Sequence record: ON758385.1
Strand: one strand, 5' to 3'
DNA: 32,000 nucleotides
Source of the DNA: Xanthomonas phage BUDD
Notes under the pieces: model-generated
What the model was told of the DNA's origin: nothing
The model's input: the letters and a program-made list of their open reading frames with translations, nothing else
Database searches by the model: none
Made by a program: the position numbers and the translations under genes
Shown here: positions 25,126 through 32,000 of the stretch, piece after piece
Layout: each line of letters starts with the position of its first letter
How positions within the stretch are numbered: position 1 is the stretch's first letter

Positions 25126-25504
25126 GTCTTTACTCTCCTCATTTCTAGCATGGCTTGCCGTAGGTACGAACGGCTTCCTGTTCGCTGCATCAGGTGCAGC
25201 TTTAGTCTTCATGCTAATGATTGCTTATGTCTTGTTCAAGGCAATCAGGAAACTCGACCTCAGTTCAATGTTCTATGAACCAGGTAGCCTGACCGTATCA
25301 TCGTCTAGATTCTGGAACGTCGTTGCCTGTTTCGTGGCTACTATCGCGTTCTTATTCATCAATATCACTGCGCCAGCTACAGCATCACTTGAATTCATCT
25401 GGCTTGCCTATCTAGGCGTTATCGCCGGATCAGCAAGTGTCAACAAGCTGATCTCGGCGAGATATGGTGCCTCAGGTGACTCAGCTCAGAAGCTGAATCC
25501 CTGA
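25124..25504 (+). CDS. Small polytopic membrane protein, holin-like size, function unknown
   Basis: About three hydrophobic segments (FLFAASGAALVFMLMIAYVLF; FWNVVACFVATIAFLFI; LEFIWLAYLGVIAGSASV). No competing minus-strand ORF over 25213-25480. Confidence 0.65.
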   Translation: MSLLSSFLAWLAVGTNGFLFAASGAALVFMLMIAYVLFKAIRKLDLSSMFYEPGSLTVSSSRFWNVVACFVATIAFLFINITAPATASLEFIWLAYLGVIAGSASVNKLISARYGASGDSAQKLNP

Positions 25505-25768
25505 TCCGAACTGCTGAGTATACGCATTGCGCAGCTCAGTCAGCGGTTCAAACAACTGTCCACCGAAGCGAAGGTCCTCTGGCTGCAGAGTGATCTTCGT
25601 CTCATCTGAGAACATCAGGACAGGCATCATGCTCAGTCCCTGTGCGCCCGGCGCAACGAACACACCGTCAGTCACTTCATAGGTCTTCTGACCTGCATTA
25701 TCCGAGACCAGCTTGAAGTCTCCGAGAATCTGACCCTGTGTGGTCCATACCAACTTGATATTGCTCAT
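25481..25768 (-). CDS. Hypothetical protein
   Basis: 95 aa, MSNIKLVWTTQGQILGDFKLVSDNAGQKTYEVTDGVFV..., tightly packed. Confidence 0.6.
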   Translation of the reverse strand: MSNIKLVWTTQGQILGDFKLVSDNAGQKTYEVTDGVFVAPGAQGLSMMPVLMFSDETKITLQPEDLRFGGQLFEPLTELRNAYTQQFGSGIQLLS

Positions 25769-26376
25769 TACTTGCTCCCTGTGCTTCCGAATCCGCCTGC
25801 GCGGCTAGTCTTTTGTGCTGGCTTTGTGTCAAGCCTCTTGAAGGGTGCCTTGACAGCGGGCATTAGCAGCCCCTGAGCAATGCGCTCACCGTCTTCTAGG
25901 ACTACCCTGGTGCCACTGTTGTTGGTGACCGAGATGAAGATCTCACCCACGTAGTCTGCGTCAATCACTGCGACGCCATTTGTCAGAATCAAACCCTGCT
26001 TCCAGGAAGTACCACTGCGCGCATGAATTGCGATGTAGTAACCTTCCGGGATATCCGCGTGCAAACCGGTAGGAACCAGAGCACGATCACCTGGCTCCAG
26101 ATACAGACGCGCCGGAGCGTTGTCCTGTCCACGAGCAGTGATTTCAATCTTCTGATTACGATGATCGTACTTGTTGATCACGTCACCGGCTTCAATGTCA
26201 ACGCTCAGGTCAAAGCCTGCCGAGAACTCTGTCGCATAATCAGGGATGGTCTTGTTGCGCTTCTGATAGAAGCCAACGTTGTCATCTTCGAACGGCACAA
26301 TCTGTGCCGGGACGGCGACGCTGGACATATCCAGCGCACCTAGGTCAGTCGTTTCAGCTTTCTTAGCTCTCGCCAT
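25768..26376 (-). CDS. dut: dUTP diphosphatase
   Basis: SAGFDLSVDI, HARSGTSWKQGLILTNGVAVIDADYVGEI, ERIAQGL, RAGGFGSTG (dUTPase motifs 1-5). Confidence 0.93.
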   Translation of the reverse strand: MARAKKAETTDLGALDMSSVAVPAQIVPFEDDNVGFYQKRNKTIPDYATEFSAGFDLSVDIEAGDVINKYDHRNQKIEITARGQDNAPARLYLEPGDRALVPTGLHADIPEGYYIAIHARSGTSWKQGLILTNGVAVIDADYVGEIFISVTNNSGTRVVLEDGERIAQGLLMPAVKAPFKRLDTKPAQKTSRAGGFGSTGSK

Positions 26377-26797
26377 TATCTACATTCCCCAGGGAATACT
26401 TTACACGAAGGTTCCACTTATGCTTATCGCGATAAGGGATAATCATTACGTTTGATTCAATACCGGCATCAACTTCTACCAATGATGTAATCAAACCCCA
26501 CTGCTCAAGCAAGTTGACGATGTATTCCAGACGATCTTCATCTTCATCGGTAAAATCTGTTACGTCAGTTCGACCATCGAGCAGGAACAACTGCTTGAAA
26601 TGGACGATGTAGTAACGACCTTGCTTATGGAAGACGTGGCATGTCTGCCAAAGAGTCTGATCACCGTTCTTCTTACTGGGCAACCCAATACGGGTCAAAG
26701 TTTCACGTACCTTAAGAAACTGATCCTTGTTTAGCGGATCAATCTCGAAGAAGGTCTCAAGCAGTTCCTGCTTTCTGTTTTGCGACATTTTTGCCAC
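26363..26797 (-). CDS. regA: RegA-like translational repressor
   Basis: DQFLKVRETLTRIGLPSKKNGDQTLWQTCHVFHKQGRYYIVHFKQLFLLDGR closely parallels T4 RegA. Confidence 0.9.
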   Translation of the reverse strand: MAKMSQNRKQELLETFFEIDPLNKDQFLKVRETLTRIGLPSKKNGDQTLWQTCHVFHKQGRYYIVHFKQLFLLDGRTDVTDFTDEDEDRLEYIVNLLEQWGLITSLVEVDAGIESNVMIIPYRDKHKWNLRVKYSLGNVDNGES

Positions 26798-27161
26798 CTT
26801 TTTCTAATTCTTTGCGAATGTCATCAAGATAAGGTCGAAGAAGTCCGAGCACATCTTTAGCTCGTTTCCGACTATACCCGTAGTATTCCTGAATTAGATC
26901 GAGCGACGCGGTGTCGTCCTGATTCTTGTGCCACTTGCCGAAGCGCTTCTTCTTCGGCAGACCATGGTAATAGAAGTCAAATTGCGCCTGGGTTGGAAGT
27001 CCCCAGTAACGATTCATCTCATTCGCGAACAAGACACTATCAATTGTGTTCGACAGTACCTTGTTGACTACGTACGAACTATAGCCAATTTCCTCAACAT
27101 CCAGCACACCTTTCTTTTCATTGATGTGCGAGGCGATTTCAAATGGACTCATAGATGCCAT
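26757..27161 (-). CDS. 62: Clamp loader small subunit (T4 gp62-like)
   Basis: Position between gp44-like and RegA; QAQFDFYYHGLPKKKRFGKWHK resembles gp62 HFNYLMAAVPRGKRYGKW. Confidence 0.75.
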   Translation of the reverse strand: MASMSPFEIASHINEKKGVLDVEEIGYSSYVVNKVLSNTIDSVLFANEMNRYWGLPTQAQFDFYYHGLPKKKRFGKWHKNQDDTASLDLIQEYYGYSRKRAKDVLGLLRPYLDDIRKELEKGGKNVAKQKAGTA

Positions 27162-27178
27162 AAGTGCCTCCTAGATAT

Positions 27179-28123
27179 TTACACAAATTCAACGTCCGCC
27201 ATCATGGTGGTCAACATCGCAACGGTGTTGATCTCCTTATCCATGACGTGACCTTCCTTATAGTCGTACTCTGCAATGATCAGAACCAACTGCGGGATGC
27301 TCTGAGGCTTGACAAAGACTGCCATCTTCTCGTACAGACTACGACGCAGAGACGCTGCATCATTGTCGAGATGATCAACAACCCACTTGCGCATATCACC
27401 AAACTTCTTGGTCTTAAGGAAGTCAATCAGCTCCTTAAGGGCACCATCATTGATGCCAGTCTGACTCGTAATCTCGAGCGAGCCGTTTGCCGAATAACGC
27501 TGGATGAGGTTCCAAGTCTTTCGGAAGTCAGGGAAGTTCTTGACGATGACCTGAGTCAGTTCTTCAGGAGTGAAGGTGATGTTCTTAGATTTCAGAACGC
27601 CTGCAACCTTCTTCAAGAACTCCATCAGCAGAGCCTTCTTCTCTTCCTTCGAGAAGACGATCTCGACGATCGGTGCTCGACTGGTCAGAGGCTCGATGAT
27701 CTGATTACCAAAGTTGCCGGTGAAGATGAAACGGCAGTTGCCTGCAAACTCTTCAATCGAGGCGCGCAGAGCTTGCTGAGCATTCTTAGTCAGACCGTCC
27801 GCCTCGTCCAGGATAATGGCCTTGATGCCACCTCCGAAGCTGACCGTCGATGCAAACTGTCGTACCGTAGTACGAATCGTCTCAATGTTGCCGTTCTCAG
27901 ACGCGTTGATGACGATATGATCGATTTTCAGCTCTTCACACATCGCACGAGCGACGGTGGTCTTACCAGTACCAGGACCACCAACCAACGTCATGTTGGC
28001 CAGCTGACCCTTATCCACAATTGCCTGGAAGTAGGTCTTCAAACGTGGAGGAAGAATACAATCATTCACCGTATGCGGACGATAGTTCTCACTCCACAGG
28101 TACATTTCTTTCTCATCACTCAT
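27179..28123 (-). CDS. 44: Clamp loader large subunit (T4 gp44-like AAA+)
   Basis: NMTLVGGPGTGKTTVARAMCEEL, AIILDEADGLTKNAQQALR, CRFIFTGNF, SRAPIVEIVF. Confidence 0.92.
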   Translation of the reverse strand: MSDEKEMYLWSENYRPHTVNDCILPPRLKTYFQAIVDKGQLANMTLVGGPGTGKTTVARAMCEELKIDHIVINASENGNIETIRTTVRQFASTVSFGGGIKAIILDEADGLTKNAQQALRASIEEFAGNCRFIFTGNFGNQIIEPLTSRAPIVEIVFSKEEKKALLMEFLKKVAGVLKSKNITFTPEELTQVIVKNFPDFRKTWNLIQRYSANGSLEITSQTGINDGALKELIDFLKTKKFGDMRKWVVDHLDNDAASLRRSLYEKMAVFVKPQSIPQLVLIIAEYDYKEGHVMDKEINTVAMLTTMMADVEFV

Positions 28124-28148
28124 AATCTATATCTCACAGTTTGGTTTA

Positions 28149-28568
28149 TCAGCCTACAAGGATAATTTGATTGGCTCGATGCATCAATGCAGTTACATAC
28201 ACGTTCCGAATCTCCTCAGAAGACTTCAACGAAGCATCGTCAACCCAGATTCGATCAAAGGTTCGACCACGAAGGCGAGTGTTATCGAGAAGATTCAGTG
28301 CAAGAGCCACCGCAGGCTTCTTGACAGAGTTCTCATTCATGGTCATTAGCTGGAATGCTGATCCTGCAACAACGAGATCATCCTTGCATGCAAGTTGACA
28401 AATTGCGGTCGTGTGTCCAACGCCTCGACCCATCTGAATTCGAACCGTGCCGAATTCCTGCATCCATTGATGTGGCTCAAGGTTGTGACGGTACTTGGCA
28501 TTGAGCGCCTGGCGCTGGAGGTTTAGCTCCAGCGCCTGTTCAAGAATGTTCTTGAAGATGGCCGTCAT
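28149..28568 (-). CDS. Small single-domain P-loop NTPase-like protein
   Basis: RIQMGRGVGHTTAICQLA (P-loop-like) and FDRIWVDDAS (Walker B-like). Start at MTAIFKNI. Confidence 0.55.
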   Translation of the reverse strand: MTAIFKNILEQALELNLQRQALNAKYRHNLEPHQWMQEFGTVRIQMGRGVGHTTAICQLACKDDLVVAGSAFQLMTMNENSVKKPAVALALNLLDNTRLRGRTFDRIWVDDASLKSSEEIRNVYVTALMHRANQIILVG

Positions 28569-28569
28569 A

Positions 28570-29208
28570 TTACTTGGCCTCAACGGTTACCAGATAAACC
28601 AGACCAGGCTTGGTCATGTGAGCAAACTCAACTGCCTGATCGAACACCTTGACATTGTACGAACCTTCGATGAGCTTCAGGTTCTCGATCTTGACGAGCT
28701 TCTCGTCGCTCATAGAGCCTTCGGTATCCAGCTCAATGGTGATCTGATTGCCAACACCACCCGAGTTGAGTGCGGTCAGCTTGCCTTCGCGGATCGACAG
28801 TTCCTTCAGTTTCAGGGTAGCCGCAGCCTTCTGAATCTGGTTGATGTTGCCTTCGGTCAGTTCAAAGGTCAGCTTCGGATCGGTCAGCACGATATCCTTG
28901 TCCGGAGGCGAAACAACAACTGCCGGCGAGCTGTAGAAGTACTTGACCTTGGTCTTGCCGTCCTGAATCAGGATGTGATCTTCATTGAAGGTCAGATGCG
29001 GCTTGGAGAACAGGCTGATCGTACCGAGGAACTCGTTGAGGTCGTAGATAGCGAACTCGCGAGTGATTTCATCGTTGATCTCTGCGACTGCAAAAACGTT
29101 CTTCAGAACGGACAGAGTGCGGAGACGATTGCCTGGCTTGAACAGGAGACCCTGGTTGATCGAGGCAAAGTTCTTCAGAACATTCAAAGTTTCAGATGAC
29201 AAACTCAT
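28570..29208 (-). CDS. 45: Sliding clamp (T4 gp45-like)
   Basis: MSLSSETLNVLKNFASINQGLLFKPGNRLRTLSVLKNVFAVAEI... directly upstream of the clamp loader genes; gp45 family N-terminus. Confidence 0.88.
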   Translation of the reverse strand: MSLSSETLNVLKNFASINQGLLFKPGNRLRTLSVLKNVFAVAEINDEITREFAIYDLNEFLGTISLFSKPHLTFNEDHILIQDGKTKVKYFYSSPAVVVSPPDKDIVLTDPKLTFELTEGNINQIQKAAATLKLKELSIREGKLTALNSGGVGNQITIELDTEGSMSDEKLVKIENLKLIEGSYNVKVFDQAVEFAHMTKPGLVYLVTVEAK

Positions 29209-29288
29209 AATTTACAACTCCTAAGTGAACAATATGTGCTTATACTAACAGGTAGATGACTGAGGCAACATGAAACCTCAGGTGTGTA

Positions 29289-29453
29289 TCAAAATGCAGC
29301 TTCACCTGCATGGACCAACTCGTCCAACCAACCCTTCCAACCGGGAATGGCCAGAGCCTCAGGACGTTCGCCCTCAAAGAACGTGATACGCTCGGTGATG
29401 GTGTTTTCACCGAGCTCGTACAGATAGAAGTACTGGGTCAAACGCTTGCTCAT
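29289..29453 (-). CDS. Small protein (54 aa) missing from the supplied track
   Basis: MSKRLTQYFYLYELGENTITERITFFEGERPEALAIPGWKGWLDELVHAGEAAF*, filling the gap between the gp45-like gene and 29460. Confidence 0.55.
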   Translation of the reverse strand: MSKRLTQYFYLYELGENTITERITFFEGERPEALAIPGWKGWLDELVHAGEAAF

Positions 29454-29459
29454 GATTAA

Positions 29460-29687
29460 TTACCAGATGTAGTCATAGGAATATTTCAGTCCCTGGTTCA
29501 CGGTGGTGAAGCACAGGTGCCTTGGTCCTGCTGAGGTCAACTCAATTTGGACTCCCGTAAGTCTAGCATACTCTGCCAGATCAATACGGACTTCTTGGTA
29601 TGTGATCTCATTCGCGTGTTCGAAGAGATACTTCTCAAGGACGTTTTTACAGGTGTCCTCAAAGAACTGTTGGAAGAATTCACTCAT
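29460..29687 (-). CDS. Small hypothetical protein
   Basis: 75 aa; 4-nt overlap with the gp46-like stop. Confidence 0.6.
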   Translation of the reverse strand: MSEFFQQFFEDTCKNVLEKYLFEHANEITYQEVRIDLAEYARLTGVQIELTSAGPRHLCFTTVNQGLKYSYDYIW

Positions 29688-31402
29688 ACGATTCTACTAA
29701 ACCCGTCGATTTTCTCGATCTTCATGGTTGAACGGACCTTGTCGATGATCTTCTCTGGAGTGTGCGTTACGATGAAGACGTTCAAGTCTTTCACCAAGGC
29801 AAGCATGTCTGCCAACGCATCGGCGCCGCCTTGGTCAAGCGAGCTGTCGAAGATTTCGTCAAAGATAAGGATGTTTGTTGCTACGTTGCCCTGCATCCGT
29901 GCGATATCGCGCCATGCCATCAGCAGCGCCATATCCATACGAAGCTTCTCGCCTTCTGAGAACGAATTGTAGCCCAGAGTGTCGAAGCCGCGTGCCTTGA
30001 TCGTCTCGTCAAAGTTCTCATCGAGATGGAAGTTGACGAACAGACCCAGGTGATTGAGGTGAGTGTTGACCTCGTGATTGATGATCGGAATGAAGCGCTT
30101 GATCAACATTGTCTTGATGCCCTTGTCCTGCAGCATCGTGCCAATGAGGCTCATGTAATCACTCTTGGTGTAGAGACTCTCCAACTTTTCTACCAATGCG
30201 GTATTCATGTCTTCGAGCTTCTTCAGATCTGTCTTTGCCTCGAGGATCTTATCAGCCTGACTGTGACGTTCCTTCTTAGTCTCGGCGACCAGGAAGTCTC
30301 GCTTAGATTCAGCCGATGCAATCTGCATATCAACGCCACGCACCTTTTCGATGTAGGCATCGTACTTAGCAACCGCAACCTCGAATTCAGCCACAACGTC
30401 TTCGAACTCTCTAATGCGCAGAGACAGTTCAATCTTAGCGACGTCGATTTTTGCCTTCTTGTCTGTGAGGTGATCGACCTGTTTAGCGTGATCCTCATGT
30501 TCTAAAGGACGGTGACAGGTAGGGCAATCCTGAGACTTGTTCAACTGGCGCAGGCTGCTCTCAATCTGAGACAGAGAGGTGTCGAGCTTGACGATCATCT
30601 TGGAGTGATCAGACAGCTGAGTCATGGCCTTCTTATAGGCAGCACGGTCGATACCTTCAACCGATTCAATCTCACTCTTACGAGCGTGTAGCTCTGTCAA
30701 CTGAGAATTGATTTCCTCAATCTGAGCCGTGATGCGTTCAAGCTCTGCTGCTGCGTTTTGCTTGTCAGCGTTCTTGAGGTCATCAATGTACTTCTTGCGC
30801 AGTTTGATCTTCTCACCTGACACGGTGATCGCAGTCTTAAGCTCACCAATGCGATTGCGCAGTTCCGTCGTCTTTGCGTTGTGCAGACGTGCCATGTTGG
30901 AGAACACGATCAGGTTAAGCACAACCTCAACAAACTTGCGGCGTTCACCAGTATTGAGCTGCATGAACATCGTGTGCTGTGCCTTACCGACCAGAATGAT
31001 CTGGCAGGCTGCATCATAGTTCATACAGAGGATTTGCTGCTCGAAGATCTTCTGATAGTCGCGGTTGTTGGCTTCCTGATTCAGGAGCTTGCCGTCCTCG
31101 AAGATCTCAAAAATGCCAGGCTTGATGCCTCGGCGTACAAGGTAGCTCTTGCCATCCTTGTCAAACTCAATTTCAACTAGAGCGTCCTTACCATTCTTGG
31201 TGTTGATAAGATGCTCTTTCTTGATCTTACGGAAAGGCTTACCAAACAGACCAAAGGCAAGGGTGTCCAGCAAGAGCGAACTCTTACCGACACCATTCTT
31301 TCCGATGACCATTGTAGATGGAGAGCGATCAAGTTGAACTTCCGTCATCATGTTGCCGAATGACAGGATGTTCTTGAATCTCAGTTTACGAAAATAAATC
31401 AT
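29684..31402 (-). CDS. 46: Recombination endonuclease subunit gp46-like (SbcC/Rad50-type ATPase)
   Basis: MIYFRKLRFKNILSFGNM, STMVIGKNGVGKSSLLLDTLAFGLFGKPF, zinc hook CPTCHRPL, signature NSFSEGEKLRMDMALLMAWRDIA, ILIFDEIFDSSLD. Start at ATG 31402, overlapping the preceding stop. Confidence 0.93.
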   Translation of the reverse strand: MIYFRKLRFKNILSFGNMMTEVQLDRSPSTMVIGKNGVGKSSLLLDTLAFGLFGKPFRKIKKEHLINTKNGKDALVEIEFDKDGKSYLVRRGIKPGIFEIFEDGKLLNQEANNRDYQKIFEQQILCMNYDAACQIILVGKAQHTMFMQLNTGERRKFVEVVLNLIVFSNMARLHNAKTTELRNRIGELKTAITVSGEKIKLRKKYIDDLKNADKQNAAAELERITAQIEEINSQLTELHARKSEIESVEGIDRAAYKKAMTQLSDHSKMIVKLDTSLSQIESSLRQLNKSQDCPTCHRPLEHEDHAKQVDHLTDKKAKIDVAKIELSLRIREFEDVVAEFEVAVAKYDAYIEKVRGVDMQIASAESKRDFLVAETKKERHSQADKILEAKTDLKKLEDMNTALVEKLESLYTKSDYMSLIGTMLQDKGIKTMLIKRFIPIINHEVNTHLNHLGLFVNFHLDENFDETIKARGFDTLGYNSFSEGEKLRMDMALLMAWRDIARMQGNVATNILIFDEIFDSSLDQGGADALADMLALVKDLNVFIVTHTPEKIIDKVRSTMKIEKIDGFSRIV

Positions 31403-31620
31403 TGTGTCTTGCCCGAGGTCAACAAATAAGTGCAACCCGTCTCTTCGAGTTTGTCATAGAACTCTTTGAATGCCTTACCAGCATCATCCATTGGTTGAGC
31501 GCCGACAATTTCTGATGCGACGATGGCTGGAAGAGTCCTGCGAATAAGTTTCATGATCTCAGGATCAAGCTTAGACGCGTCGAGAATCTCAGTTCTCATT
31601 TCGTCCACATAATTTGTCAT
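31399..31620 (-). CDS. Small hypothetical protein
   Basis: 73 aa, 4-nt overlaps on both sides. Confidence 0.6.
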   Translation of the reverse strand: MTNYVDEMRTEILDASKLDPEIMKLIRRTLPAIVASEIVGAQPMDDAGKAFKEFYDKLEETGCTYLLTSGKTQ

Positions 31621-32000
31621 TCTGTCTCCGCCATATCCAGTGCCTCTCGGTACATTTCCTTGAACATGCCTTTGAGGACATTCTTGTCAATGGTAGGGCT
31701 CTGGACAACTTCTTCGATGTATTTCTCAATCAGCTCATGGTTGTCTACAAATTGCAGGTCACCAGTCTCGCTATTGAATTGAGTCTCGTCGATCTCGATC
31801 AGGTCTGCGCTATAGACAACCTTGTTCAACTTCTCGAGGAACAGACTCAGCTTGTGCTGGTTTGTCGAAGAGTAAGACTGCACATAGACACGAACGATCT
31901 TATCGGCATATCCATCGTAATCAAACTCTACGATATCAATGTCGTCATTATAGGCGATCTTTGAGTAGACATCAAACGGATTTGGAACAAATTCCAACTC
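31617..32000 (-). CDS. Hypothetical protein, possibly truncated by the window edge
   Basis: Frame is open to base 32000. The track start at 31997 is a TTG, so the true start may be outside the window. Confidence 0.5.
   Translation of the reverse strand, partial: ELEFVPNPFDVYSKIAYNDDIDIVEFDYDGYADKIVRVYVQSYSSTNQHKLSLFLEKLNKVVYSADLIEIDETQFNSETGDLQFVDNHELIEKYIEEVVQSPTIDKNVLKGMFKEMYREALDMAETE

Noticed and set aside
27164-28165. 333-aa plus-strand ORF antisense to the gp44-like gene
   Set aside because: Shadow ORF; the minus frame has complete AAA+ clamp-loader motifs.
1-32000. CRISPR array, transposon or integrase
   Set aside because: No regularly spaced direct repeats, no terminal inverted repeats around a transposase, and no integrase or transposase motifs were found by eye.

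Overview
This window looks like the core of a T4-superfamily (Straboviridae-like/Myoviridae-morphotype) phage genome, possibly one infecting an alphaproteobacterium. The host is inference only. Almost all genes lie on the minus strand. Supported blocks: (i) lysis and tail genes at the left edge: an i-spanin (Rz-like) with an out-of-frame lipoprotein (Rz1-like) nested inside it, a 743-aa structural protein with a lysozyme-like domain, and a gp26-like baseplate hub protein; (ii) a small cluster of nucleotidyl-transfer proteins: an NMN adenylyltransferase-like protein, a divergent KxDG ligase-fold protein, an uncharacterised protein, and a Pol-beta-fold NTase-like protein; (iii) a lone, GC-richer AAA+ ATPase on the plus strand with a host-like promoter, followed by a strongly structured noncoding region; (iv) a DnaB-like/gp41 helicase; (v) a compact polycistronic 7-deazaguanine DNA-modification locus (FolE, PAPS-reductase-like PP-loop ATPase, PIG-L/LmbE-like deacetylase, an unknown 143-aa protein, GT-B glycosyltransferase, DpdA-like transglycosylase, QueD, QueE); (vi) the T4-type replication/recombination cassette (UvsX, DNA polymerase gp43, dUTPase, RegA, gp62, gp44, P-loop protein, gp45, gp46). 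The best candidate for an undescribed system is (v). DpdA, a glycosyltransferase and a sugar-deacetylase-like enzyme are translationally coupled there, which suggests a glycosylated, possibly amino-sugar-bearing, 7-deazaguanine hypermodification of phage DNA. All homology calls come from motif recognition by eye. No database search was run.
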